NCBI GenBank assembly: GCA_030830065.1
Contig: JAURNR010000013.1
Coordinates: 791-64,790 of the forward strand
Direction of reading: 5' to 3'
Source of the DNA: Bacteroidota bacterium
GTDB lineage: Bacteria; Bacteroidota; Bacteroidia; NS11-12g; UBA955
DNA: 64,000 nucleotides
Position numbers and translations under genes: made by a program. Below the pieces are notes generated by a model. That model had not been told where the DNA came from and ran no database searches. It saw only the letters and a list, made by a program, of their open reading frames with translations. Below are positions 17,783 through 27,724 of this stretch, piece after piece (the stretch's first letter is position 1; each line of letters begins with the position of its first letter).

Positions 17783-20035
17783 TTACATTCCACCGTCTCC
17801 AGAACCATTTTTTAAGTCTTCATTTTTTATTCTGATACCTCGAATATTCGTCTTTTTTGTTTTCACATCTCCGAAGGAGTAATTGAAGTTAATTCTTACC
17901 CCCCACATATTTAATACTCGTTCAGAATATAAATTAAACGATTGTCCTTTATTTTCTGTTTTCAATGTCACACGAGGAGTAAACGGATTATCTAAACCTA
18001 TGCCCAACCCGCCTTTACCTTCGTTAAATGTTCTTTTTATACCAATCGTATGGAACATCCAATTTTGACTATAACCTTGTAGAGAAAACTGAGGTGCATT
18101 TATCCTTGAAAAACCTTCAATAAGCCAGTTTTCATTTATTGAATAATTCCCTCTTAACCCAATTACATATGTCCAACCACTAGCAGAAACACCTGCTACA
18201 GCACCTGTATCTATCGTACTCGAAATATTAACATATCCTAATCCCCCATTCAAAAATAACATCCATCCCTTCCCTCTGAAATTAAGGTTTAAGTCCATTC
18301 CATTTTGAATATTCTTTCCAATATTAGAATATGTTGTCACGTATACTCCAGAAGAGTTAATATACCTGTATGTTTCAATTGCGTTATTCAACCTTTTGTG
18401 ATAAAAGTTTAGCCCAAAACCACCAACTTTGGTATAATTTCCAAATGAAAATTCGTAATTCTCAGAAATCTCTGGATCCAACAATGGGTTTCCAACGGTA
18501 ATATTTACCGGGTTGCTATAGTTTACATAAGGGTTCAAAAATGTTAAACTCGGCCTCTGAATACGTCGGTTATAATTTAATCTTAAATAACCACCGACAC
18601 CTATAACTCTAGATAATGAAATACTTGGCACCCAATTGTAATAAGGTTCTCCTTTAAATGTATTTTTCCCTACAGTTTCGAAAGTACCTTTATTGATATT
18701 TCCGCCAAACTCAGTTGCTTCAAAGCGCATACCAAACCGTACGGAATAATTTTTTAAAAATTTATAAGTAATTTGAGAATATCCAGCATGAATATTTTGG
18801 TAATAACCAAAGCCATTATTTAATATCTCATTTGGGACAAAGGTATTTTTTGCAAAATCGAAGCTATCGAAATGATAATTAGAGGTAACCCATCTTAAAA
18901 CAGTTTTTAATCCTGTTTCGAATAGTAACTCTTCAGATATGGAATTAACCCAATCCATCTGCAATGAGAACTCTTTATTACTATTATTATTCAAACTATG
19001 TTCCTGGAATGATAGATTGTTTAAACTATTAAAGCGCAATGCGTCATAACCATCACCACTGTTACCATCGGTTAATAATCCTGCTATTGCAAATTCATTT
19101 TTTGGATTTTTACCTTTAATCCTATAATCAAAACCAAGGTCATAACCCCAACCTTGAGATAAATAATCTGACTCCTGCCTCCACAGAAAGTCAACACTAT
19201 CAGTAACACCCCAATTTGTCGACCAATTATCTATAGAGTTACGTAATCGATATCTACCCGTTGCTGTTAAAACCAGCGATTGAGATTTAGTAAATTGATG
19301 GTCTAAACTTAATGTCAAACGCGGCCCGCCTCCCCAATTTACTTGATCTGATTTTTGAATTAGTTGATAGCTTATCCCTTGGTCATCGATATTATTTCTT
19401 TGCGTTTCTAAATTTCCCCAGCTACGCCAAAAATGACTACCAAGTGATAGATTATATGCAGTTTTACCTTTCTGAGAGGCTAAACTACCTCCTAAATGTG
19501 CACTTCTTGTTCCGATACCTCCTCTGAAATTCCCTACCACACCTTCAACTTTTTTCTCTTTGAGAATAATATTTATGATACCTCCACTACCCTCAGCGTC
19601 ATATTTAGAGGATGGATTAGTAATAACTTCAACAGTAGCAATATCATCGGCGGACATTGCGCGAAGAGCATCCGCTGGACTACCAGCTAATAATCCAGAA
19701 GGCCTTCCATTAATTAAAAACCTTATGTTTCGATTGCCTCTCAGAGACACATTCCCATCCATATCAACATCTACCATAGGGACCTTCGATAGTAGTTCAC
19801 TCGCAGATTGTCCTTTACTGGTTAAATCTTCATCTGCATTGTAAACAAGTGCATCCGCTCTGTTTTCAATCAAATTTTTACTTACTTTGATTTCTACAGC
19901 CTTAATAGTATCGGCTTTAGTGTTTGAATCATTTTGACTCTTCAATCTAGACGAACCGATAATTAAAGTAAAAAAAATAATTCCTTTAATTGATCTATAA
20001 TTTTTAACCCACATTTTAACTTGATCTAATTGCAT
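17783..20035 (-). CDS. outer membrane beta-barrel family protein with plug domain (TonB-dependent receptor-like)
   Basis: 750 aa. Plug-like segment (LLSKVPMVDVDMDGNVSLRGNRNIRFLINGRPSG, GGIINIILK) followed by a long beta-barrel. An alternative ATG at 20014 (MWVKNYRS...) lies 1 nt after the upstream stop. Confidence 0.75.
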   Translation of the reverse strand: MQLDQVKMWVKNYRSIKGIIFFTLIIGSSRLKSQNDSNTKADTIKAVEIKVSKNLIENRADALVYNADEDLTSKGQSASELLSKVPMVDVDMDGNVSLRGNRNIRFLINGRPSGLLAGSPADALRAMSADDIATVEVITNPSSKYDAEGSGGIINIILKEKKVEGVVGNFRGGIGTRSAHLGGSLASQKGKTAYNLSLGSHFWRSWGNLETQRNNIDDQGISYQLIQKSDQVNWGGGPRLTLSLDHQFTKSQSLVLTATGRYRLRNSIDNWSTNWGVTDSVDFLWRQESDYLSQGWGYDLGFDYRIKGKNPKNEFAIAGLLTDGNSGDGYDALRFNSLNNLSFQEHSLNNNSNKEFSLQMDWVNSISEELLFETGLKTVLRWVTSNYHFDSFDFAKNTFVPNEILNNGFGYYQNIHAGYSQITYKFLKNYSVRFGMRFEATEFGGNINKGTFETVGKNTFKGEPYYNWVPSISLSRVIGVGGYLRLNYNRRIQRPSLTFLNPYVNYSNPVNITVGNPLLDPEISENYEFSFGNYTKVGGFGLNFYHKRLNNAIETYRYINSSGVYVTTYSNIGKNIQNGMDLNLNFRGKGWMLFLNGGLGYVNISSTIDTGAVAGVSASGWTYVIGLRGNYSINENWLIEGFSRINAPQFSLQGYSQNWMFHTIGIKRTFNEGKGGLGIGLDNPFTPRVTLKTENKGQSFNLYSERVLNMWGVRINFNYSFGDVKTKKTNIRGIRIKNEDLKNGSGDGGM

Positions 20036-21287
20036 CTACTGGATTTAATGCTGCCGCAGATTTTGCTGGAAGAAATCCTGCTATTATGCCGACCATTACA
20101 GAAATCCCTATTCCCAAAATAGCATCTTGCCCATTTAATATTAATTCAACTCCTCCACCCATACTTTCTCTTGCCACTGAATCTAGGATTTTTAATACGC
20201 CAGCCACAAGCACTAGGCCAATTATCCCACCACCAATACTTAACCAAATTGACTCAAGTAAGAACTGTAAGCTAATGAAAAAGTTTTTGGCTCCAAGAGC
20301 TTTTTGCACACCAATTTCCCGTGTTCTTTCTTTAACCGAAACGAACATTATATTCGCCACGCCGAAGCAGCCGACCAACATAGCAAATCCACCAATTATA
20401 AATCCAATTTTACGTATTTGGCTAAATAAACCTGAAATAGCATCGGTAATCATTGTCATTTTATTAACAGCAAAATCCGATTCTTGTTTTGGTTTTATTC
20501 TTCTTATCTGTCGCATAAGCTGTTCTACTTCAAATTTCAGCTCATCTAAATCAGTACCTTTTGTTGCTTTAACTAAAATTTGAGCATCATCACTTTGGCG
20601 GTAATTGGCCAATCCCATTGACCATTTGTACGGAACATATACTAGATTATCATTACTGGCTCCAATAATATTATTTCCTTGATATTTAGCTACTCCAATA
20701 ATATGTACCTCTCTATTTCCAACTCTCACAGGTTGTCCAATAGCATTTTGTACAGATCCAAATAATTCGAGTGCTATTGTATTTCCTACCACAGCCATCG
20801 GCCTTCCTGCTCTTGCCTCTTCTATCGTAAAGTATCGTCCCCCTTCGAATTCAATGGGTTGAATTTCATTAAATTCATAAGAAACGCAACGAATACTAAT
20901 TCTGTTTAAGGTTTTTTTTCTGTTAGAAACATTGAAATTAGCATTGTACGCATAAGCAATAGTTTTTACCTTGTCATTATCTGCCAACTTTTTTAGTGAT
21001 TGAAGATCTTGAGGACTAGACTTGGGGCGTTTCAAATATTCCCACCATGGGTAGTTATTACCCATGTCATCCCAAGGCCATTTCTGAATAAACAGAACAT
21101 CCGCTCCTAATTTTGTAAACTGATTATTTAAACTAAGTTCTAAGGAGTGGACTAATGCATAAACACTAACAATACAAAAAATACCAATAGTTATTCCCAA
21201 AACTGATAGAGCGCTCCGCAGCTTATTTAGCCTCACCGCGTTCCAGGACATTCTCAACGATTCAACCAGTATTACTCTAAACGACAT
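20016..21287 (-). CDS. ABC transporter permease, MacB/FtsX-like
   Basis: 423 aa. N-terminal TM helix (LRSALSVLGITIGIFCIV), a large periplasmic domain, then three C-terminal TM helices with ERTREIGVQKALGA, which is the MacB-type permease signature. No nucleotide-binding gene is adjacent. Confidence 0.8.
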   Translation of the reverse strand: MSFRVILVESLRMSWNAVRLNKLRSALSVLGITIGIFCIVSVYALVHSLELSLNNQFTKLGADVLFIQKWPWDDMGNNYPWWEYLKRPKSSPQDLQSLKKLADNDKVKTIAYAYNANFNVSNRKKTLNRISIRCVSYEFNEIQPIEFEGGRYFTIEEARAGRPMAVVGNTIALELFGSVQNAIGQPVRVGNREVHIIGVAKYQGNNIIGASNDNLVYVPYKWSMGLANYRQSDDAQILVKATKGTDLDELKFEVEQLMRQIRRIKPKQESDFAVNKMTMITDAISGLFSQIRKIGFIIGGFAMLVGCFGVANIMFVSVKERTREIGVQKALGAKNFFISLQFLLESIWLSIGGGIIGLVLVAGVLKILDSVARESMGGGVELILNGQDAILGIGISVMVGIIAGFLPAKSAAALNPVDAIRSS

Positions 21288-21320
21288 TTGTTAACAATTT
21301 TAAGTCCATTTTATGGGAAC

Positions 21321-24300
21321 TTATTTTTCATCTTTTTTTTCTCGTTTAAAAGTATCAAAATCCCGACGATACAATACTCCAGCACCTAATGTGTTACCAG
21401 AAACACCATTAGTAGTAGTGGTATTATTTAAAATCAAATTATTGGATCTAGAAAATGCTTTCAAACGCCAATTCTCATCTTTAGTTTTATATTCTAAATT
21501 GAAGTTTAAAGGTAGCGCTACAGTATTAACTAACATCGCTACTGTTGGATCATAGTTTAAATCTAACCTTAACCTATCTGATAAAAACCATTCGCTATTA
21601 ACAAATAATTGGGTATTCGTAGTTCCTGTGGTATTTCTAATATCATCAATATTTACTTGTATTCTGGTGGGGATTCCATATTTAATAAAGAGGTCATTAA
21701 CCACAGAACTTGCTAATGTAGAAATACTATTTCCTGCTATTCCAGTACTACTAAAATTAGATGTAGTGGGCGCGGTACTAGCCAGGAATGATGGTGGTAA
21801 AAAGTTTCCAAAAAGCAACAGTGCAATCGATTGACGCATAGTTTCATCCCTGTCTGCTCTTATTCTTTCAACAATTGAAATAACTTCTGCCGAGTTACTT
21901 GAAGTATTTGATTTTAAATCTGGCGCTTGTATATCAAAAGAAATAGAGGGGCTGAATAAATTCCCTTTCATACTCAATACACTTAAAAATCTTGTTGTTG
22001 GATATGAGCTTTCACTGCTTCCAGAAGTAATCATTAATGCAGAGGGTGATACTCTTTTTTCAAATGATCCGGACAAATCAACTACCGCATCGAATACATC
22101 ACCATCCCATCTTATTGTTCCACCCTGGATTAAATCAATTTTCTTGATAATATTAATTCCGGGTAATGAGAATGAATAACTACCATTTGCTACTTTGTAG
22201 GTACCGAAAAGCGAAAAATCGCCCTCTTTACTGTATACCAACCTTAAATTACCATCTCCTCTTCCGCTTATTACATCTCCTAATCTTTTGTCTATTACAA
22301 AATTTACTTGAGCATTTTCATCTGCGTTAATATTTAAATTAATTTCTCCTAATGCGTCATCATCTGTTGAAAGTGAAACCTTCTTTTTAATATTCAGTAT
22401 CGCCGGTTTTGCAGAATTACCTTTTTTTACAAAAGTTACAGAACCCACTAAATTATTTTGAGAAACTTGTGGATATAAAATTGATAGGTCTGATCCATTT
22501 TCAGTTTTTAAATTAATATCCATATCAATCGAACTTAGGGGACCATGTATATGGCAATTTCCACTAGCCCATGCTTTGCCAAAAAACAATTCATTACTCT
22601 TGTCGGTAGTATTTAAAACTTGCAGCTGCTTTATGGAATCAATTACAAGATTTAATGCAAAATCTTTGTATTGTTTATGGGTTAATGCCAAATTTAATAA
22701 TGCCGAGCCGCGATTTGATGGGGTGTTCACTTTGATTGGGCTCATTGTGTAAAGCCCATCATCAGTAATTTTAAAATTTCCTCCAACTACATATTCAGTT
22801 CCCAAATAATCTACTGTTAAATCAAATTTATTAGTAGTAATTAAGCCTATTAATTTAGGCTCTTCAGTTGTCCCTGATATTCTAACATTACCGCCAAACC
22901 TTCCATTTTTTATTGTAACTACACCGGCTAAAAATGGTCTTAAAATATCTAAACTTGACTCTTTAGGTATATTCCCTAAAATATTCAATCTCGCTGGAGC
23001 TGAACCTCTTAATTCAATTGTACCTTTAAAACCTGTATTGGCTATAGGACCATCTCTAAAGTTGGTCTCAAAATTTAATATCCCTTTTGTATTGGTTTCT
23101 TGAACCCAGGTAGAAGCATCACCATAAGAGTATCCTTGATAGAAAATTTGATTAATATCAATATTCCCTAAAAATTTAGGCATTCCCAAAGCGGAAGATA
23201 TTTGTACATCTCCGTTTGACCTGAATAATAATGAGTCAAAAACACCCGTTGCAAAAAATGGAGTCAAAACCTTAGGCGTTATATTTCCAAAATCAATGTT
23301 CAGAGTATCCGAATTAGATGTCCCTGCTACTCCATCTACTTCAATATAATGGTTCTCATCAGCAAGGAAAAAATTATTTATCGTCCATCTATTTTTTGTA
23401 AAATCGATTCTAGCATTGGGATCAAGCACCCACGATTGATCTAAAATGTTTATATATGTACTGCCAAAATGCATATTCGCAAAGTCCTTGTGAATAGTCC
23501 CTTTTGCATTAACTAAAAAGCTATATCGGTCCGATTTATCATGTAATCTTGACATGATTGAATATTCACCATTTAGAATATCAAAAGATAAACCGAAAGT
23601 ATCATAAACTGTTTTATTGATCTTTGTATAATCTGTCTTTACCAACATCTTAGTCAACCCATATTTGGTTGGTTTATCGATTATACAATTAACTCTTTCC
23701 ATATTTATATTACCATATTCCAGAGAAAATGGTCCTACGTTTAAATTACAGATATTATCATTTGCAAAGTAATCACCTGTGATTTTTAATGGCCCAAGAT
23801 GAAGGCCCGGCAAAATAAATGCATCAATCCAACCAGTTTGTGGCATGAAAATATCTACAGAAATTGAATCTGCTAATTTTTTACGAGAATCGACAAATCT
23901 TTCTGGCGCAACATAATGGGCAAAATGATTAATCCATTCTGGAGTATTAGAAAACTTAATAGGACCCGTTATTTCACCGATCATCCAATCTCCATTTAAA
24001 GCTATTTTATTTGGTTTATATCTCGACAATTCTTGTCTCATCAACTGAAACTCTCCAAACTCTCTATTAAACTTTGCATTTTCGATAGAAATAAACCCTT
24101 TATAATCATCGATTCCGGATCCAGTTAAATCACAATTAACCACACCAAAATATCTACTAGTTGTTGTATCAAAACCCAAATATTCTAAGTCTAACTTCTT
24201 AATGTCCGCCATTAATCGGATTTGATGACTTTCCTGATATAAGCCATTTAATTGGAGTTGAAGGTTATGCTTAATATTTGGATCGTCGGAAGTTGAATTA

Positions 24301-25769
24301 ATAATTAAAGACCCATTATTAATTTTTCCGGAAACGTTGAGTCCAGAAATCAAGGAGCGATTGAAAGTTAGTGACTTTAAATTTGCTATATAATTCCAAT
24401 TGGCATTTTTATTGAAATCTTGACCCTTAATTTTAATACTTCCCGTAATTTGATCTATCGGGACTTCATATCCAATAGTATTTAAAAACTTAGGTCTAAA
24501 ATTTTCCAAGACACCATCTAAATTCATGGGTGATGATATTTTCCAGTTTTTATAATTCAGAGAATACTGACCAAAAAAGCGACCTACAGGGCTATTTATA
24601 GAACCATTCATTGTTACATTTCCGGGAGGAATGATAAATTCGGCATCTATTTCTAAATCCGCAATTGGCTCCAAAAAGACTCTAAAATCATCATTTTTAA
24701 ACCAACGCTGTATGTCAGTTTGACTCAAATATGTCCCATTAAGTACTATTTTTTGCCAAATGGAATCAGGTTGCTGCAAACCTTTTATTTCATATTCAAT
24801 ATCAAGCTGAGATCCATTTTGAGTTATTGCGTTAAAGTAATTAGTTTTTAAATCGTTCAGTGTCCCTTGTATTTCACAAGTCGTAGATAATTTTAACGAA
24901 TGGGTAGTTAAATAATCTGAATAAACGCCCATGTCTGAAATATCGACTTCACCATTATCAACTCTCAAGTAATAGTTTACATCTAAATATGGATTTTTGG
25001 ATTGTCCCGTAATAGGTGTCATCGTAAACTGCCCATTCAATGTAGTATTTTCATACTTTAGCACCAATGGGTTAAAATCGAGTGTACCTTTATTAATCTT
25101 AAAATCAGTTTTTATTGAAACTGATTTACCTGTTCCATCAACTGTTTTAAAATATTCAATATCAAAATGGAGTCCAGATGAATCGATTTTGATTTCCGGT
25201 ATTTCGGAATTTATTTTTGAATATTGGATAAAATTCGAATTGAATTTTCCTGAAGTTTGCTTTAATTCTTTTCTTAGACCTCTATAAAAGACATACTCTC
25301 CTGCAATTACTCGTGTTTTTGTGATGTCAATTTGAATTTGATCCTTTTTTAATGATTCAGATCCAAGAAATTCAAATAAAAATTCGTGATTTATTTTATT
25401 TGCATTTGGATAAACCCCCATATATACTCTGGGTTTAAAAAAATCTGCGTTTAAAATATTCAGTTTCTTTTTCGTTATCTGCCAATCATCTATTTTCAAA
25501 TCAATTGAACCTATTGACAAGAGTGTGTCTTTTTGTTGATCTTTAATTAATAATCCTTCAATATGAAAATTCCTCAGAAAATCAACCTCAACGTAATTTA
25601 CCGTAACATCTGCCCCGATAGATTCGCTAATTTTAGCAGCAGCCCAATGTGAAACTTGCTTTTGGACCCATCGGTTTCTGGTGAGTATGGCTAAAACGGC
25701 AGAAAGAAAAACAACCCAAAACAGGGTGAGTAACAGCTTCTTTCGTATTTTTGAGGACCTTTTCACCAA
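21321..25769 (-). CDS. tamB: translocation/assembly module protein TamB-like (DUF490 family)
   Basis: 1482 aa. N-terminal membrane anchor (LLLTLFWVVFLSAVLAILT) followed by very long beta-rich repeats. Size, architecture and the divergent tsaD neighbour fit Bacteroidota TamB. The start is TTG (25769) or GTG (25766). Confidence 0.7.
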   Translation of the reverse strand: MVKRSSKIRKKLLLTLFWVVFLSAVLAILTRNRWVQKQVSHWAAAKISESIGADVTVNYVEVDFLRNFHIEGLLIKDQQKDTLLSIGSIDLKIDDWQITKKKLNILNADFFKPRVYMGVYPNANKINHEFLFEFLGSESLKKDQIQIDITKTRVIAGEYVFYRGLRKELKQTSGKFNSNFIQYSKINSEIPEIKIDSSGLHFDIEYFKTVDGTGKSVSIKTDFKINKGTLDFNPLVLKYENTTLNGQFTMTPITGQSKNPYLDVNYYLRVDNGEVDISDMGVYSDYLTTHSLKLSTTCEIQGTLNDLKTNYFNAITQNGSQLDIEYEIKGLQQPDSIWQKIVLNGTYLSQTDIQRWFKNDDFRVFLEPIADLEIDAEFIIPPGNVTMNGSINSPVGRFFGQYSLNYKNWKISSPMNLDGVLENFRPKFLNTIGYEVPIDQITGSIKIKGQDFNKNANWNYIANLKSLTFNRSLISGLNVSGKINNGSLIINSTSDDPNIKHNLQLQLNGLYQESHQIRLMADIKKLDLEYLGFDTTTSRYFGVVNCDLTGSGIDDYKGFISIENAKFNREFGEFQLMRQELSRYKPNKIALNGDWMIGEITGPIKFSNTPEWINHFAHYVAPERFVDSRKKLADSISVDIFMPQTGWIDAFILPGLHLGPLKITGDYFANDNICNLNVGPFSLEYGNINMERVNCIIDKPTKYGLTKMLVKTDYTKINKTVYDTFGLSFDILNGEYSIMSRLHDKSDRYSFLVNAKGTIHKDFANMHFGSTYINILDQSWVLDPNARIDFTKNRWTINNFFLADENHYIEVDGVAGTSNSDTLNIDFGNITPKVLTPFFATGVFDSLLFRSNGDVQISSALGMPKFLGNIDINQIFYQGYSYGDASTWVQETNTKGILNFETNFRDGPIANTGFKGTIELRGSAPARLNILGNIPKESSLDILRPFLAGVVTIKNGRFGGNVRISGTTEEPKLIGLITTNKFDLTVDYLGTEYVVGGNFKITDDGLYTMSPIKVNTPSNRGSALLNLALTHKQYKDFALNLVIDSIKQLQVLNTTDKSNELFFGKAWASGNCHIHGPLSSIDMDINLKTENGSDLSILYPQVSQNNLVGSVTFVKKGNSAKPAILNIKKKVSLSTDDDALGEINLNINADENAQVNFVIDKRLGDVISGRGDGNLRLVYSKEGDFSLFGTYKVANGSYSFSLPGINIIKKIDLIQGGTIRWDGDVFDAVVDLSGSFEKRVSPSALMITSGSSESSYPTTRFLSVLSMKGNLFSPSISFDIQAPDLKSNTSSNSAEVISIVERIRADRDETMRQSIALLLFGNFLPPSFLASTAPTTSNFSSTGIAGNSISTLASSVVNDLFIKYGIPTRIQVNIDDIRNTTGTTNTQLFVNSEWFLSDRLRLDLNYDPTVAMLVNTVALPLNFNLEYKTKDENWRLKAFSRSNNLILNNTTTTNGVSGNTLGAGVLYRRDFDTFKREKKDEK

Positions 25770-25809
25770 TTTACAAAGTTAATTTGAGCATTTGACAGTC
25801 AATCCACCT

Positions 25810-26808
25810 ATGCAGTTTCATTCCACAATATTGGGCATTGAAAGTAGCTGTGACGACACGTCCTCTGCTTTAATTAACAACGGAGAAATAAAGGCAAACA
25901 TTATCTCTAGTCAGGACGTTCATCGAAAATACGGTGGAGTTGTACCAGAATTGGCCTCTAGAGCACATCAAGCAAACATTATTCCGGTAATCGAGGAGAC
26001 CTTAAAACAATCAAAAACTGCAATTGAAGATATCGATGCCATTGCAGTAACTCAAGGTCCGGGTTTAATGGGTTCCTTAATTGTTGGTTTTAATACCGCG
26101 AAAGGAATTTCACTTGCCATAAACAAACCATTAATAGGTGTAAATCATTTACAAGCACACGTTGCAGCCTTATACATTGAAAATAAGGTTAAATTTCCAA
26201 TGATCTGTTTATTGGTCAGTGGTGGACACACTCAATTACTTTATGTTGAGAATCATCACAGTTATAAACTTATAGGTAAAACTATTGATGATGCCATTGG
26301 CGAGGCATTTGACAAAGGGGCAAAATTATTAGGATTACGTTATCCCGGAGGACCTCAAATTTCAAAATTAGCAGAGTCGGGGGAAAACAAGTTCAAATTC
26401 CCTGATGCAAAAACTAAGAACTTAGATTTTAGTTTTTCTGGTATAAAAACATCGTTATTATATTTCTTAAAAAAGAAAGTCGAGAAGGAATCTGATTTTG
26501 TCCAGAACAATCTAAATGATATATGTGCTTCTTATCAACATGCCTTAGTGGAAATGTGTTCCAAGCGATTAATTAAAGCAATTAGTCAGTATAGTCCAAA
26601 ATCAATTTCAATTGTAGGTGGAGTATCCGCTAATTCATTGCTGAGAAGAAGTGCTGAAGAAATTGGAGAAAAATATGATCTCAATGTATACATCCCGTCA
26701 CTTCAATATTGTACAGATAATGCAGGTATGATTGCAATGGCTGGATCACTGTTGTTTGAAAAGGGTGAATTTCTTTCTTTAGATGCTCTCCCATTCACCC
26801 GATCTTAA
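25810..26808 (+). CDS. tsaD: tRNA N6-adenosine threonylcarbamoyltransferase TsaD
   Basis: ILGIESSCDDTS, GVVPELASRAH, VSGGHTQL and VGGVSAN motifs. I prefer the ATG at 25810 to the track's TTG at 25792. Confidence 0.95.
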   Translation: MQFHSTILGIESSCDDTSSALINNGEIKANIISSQDVHRKYGGVVPELASRAHQANIIPVIEETLKQSKTAIEDIDAIAVTQGPGLMGSLIVGFNTAKGISLAINKPLIGVNHLQAHVAALYIENKVKFPMICLLVSGGHTQLLYVENHHSYKLIGKTIDDAIGEAFDKGAKLLGLRYPGGPQISKLAESGENKFKFPDAKTKNLDFSFSGIKTSLLYFLKKKVEKESDFVQNNLNDICASYQHALVEMCSKRLIKAISQYSPKSISIVGGVSANSLLRRSAEEIGEKYDLNVYIPSLQYCTDNAGMIAMAGSLLFEKGEFLSLDALPFTRS

Positions 26809-26817
26809 ATATTATAT

Positions 26818-27723
26818 TTGATTGTGCTTATTCCAGAATTACACGAAATTTCTAACGGCAATCAACGTCATATTGCACGCGCTATTTCTTGGGTAGAAAA
26901 TCATGTAAAAGGTTATTGGGAATTGCTAAAATCTACTTCAGGAAGGACACCAGTTATTGGAATTACTGGGCCACCTGGTGCAGGTAAAAGTACTCTCGTT
27001 AATAGTCTGGTACAATCGTTGAGTAATTCTGAAAAGAAGATTGCAATTCTCGCAATTGATCCAAGTAGTACCTTTAACTTAGGCTCACTTCTTGGAGATA
27101 GGCTAAGAATGCAAAGCTTATTCATGTTACCTAATGTATATATTAGAAGTTTATCTTCTAGAGGATCATTGGGTGGGCTAACAACTTCTATAATTGAAGT
27201 TGTAGAAATATTAAAGCAAGCAGATTTTGATTACATTATAATCGAAACCGTTGGTGTTGGTCAAAGCGAGATAGAAATTGCAGGAATCGCTGATACCACA
27301 ATTGTTGTAAGCGTCCCTGAAAGTGGCGATGATATTCAAACATTAAAAAGTGGGATTATGGAAATAGCAGATATTTTTGTGGTCAATAAGGCAGATAGAG
27401 AAGGAGCTTCAATCTTCGCCGCCCATTTAAAAAAGCTATCACATGAAAGGGCAGATAGTTCTTGGGAAACTCCAGTAGTTCTCACGCAGGCGATTCACAA
27501 TATTGGCATACAAGAATTAATTCAAAAAATAGACTCACATTTTCTAATTACCTCTCAGAATTTATTTAAGAGGAGCAAATTGCTTACCGAAAAGGCCTTC
27601 AAAATCATTCAAAGTCAACGAATGACTAAAATAACACATCAAAAGTTGGAGCAGGACCTTGAACAAAGTTTAAATAAAACAGATTTTAATCTGTTTTCAT
27701 TTGTAGAAAAATACTTCATTTGA
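26818..27723 (+). CDS. meaB: methylmalonyl-CoA mutase-associated GTPase MeaB/ArgK family
   Basis: 301 aa. Walker A GPPGAGKST, AIDPSS, ETVGVGQSE and NKAD motifs. TTG start per the track. Confidence 0.85.
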   Translation: MIVLIPELHEISNGNQRHIARAISWVENHVKGYWELLKSTSGRTPVIGITGPPGAGKSTLVNSLVQSLSNSEKKIAILAIDPSSTFNLGSLLGDRLRMQSLFMLPNVYIRSLSSRGSLGGLTTSIIEVVEILKQADFDYIIIETVGVGQSEIEIAGIADTTIVVSVPESGDDIQTLKSGIMEIADIFVVNKADREGASIFAAHLKKLSHERADSSWETPVVLTQAIHNIGIQELIQKIDSHFLITSQNLFKRSKLLTEKAFKIIQSQRMTKITHQKLEQDLEQSLNKTDFNLFSFVEKYFI

Positions 27724-27724
27724 T

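Noticed and set aside
20086-20583. Long antisense ORFs inside well-supported genes. Examples: 165 aa at 20086-20583 opposite the ABC permease, 163 aa at 47506-47997 opposite the FecCD permease, 135 aa at 4907-5314 opposite purL, 104 aa at 37195-37509 opposite ftcD, 111 aa at 41211-41546 opposite mutS2, and 109 aa at 34980-35309 opposite glmM.
   Set aside because: Their translations are low-complexity with Ser/Pro/Ile-rich compositions typical of reverse frames of AT-rich genes. They have no recognisable motifs and are fully embedded in genes with strong family signatures on the other strand.
25774-25781. A TAACTTTG -7 box (minus strand) 4 nt upstream of the tamB start.
   Set aside because: The tamB start is TTG or GTG, which is unlikely to support leaderless initiation, and the gap to divergent tsaD is only ~40 nt. 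I treat it as a possible chance match rather than calling it a feature.
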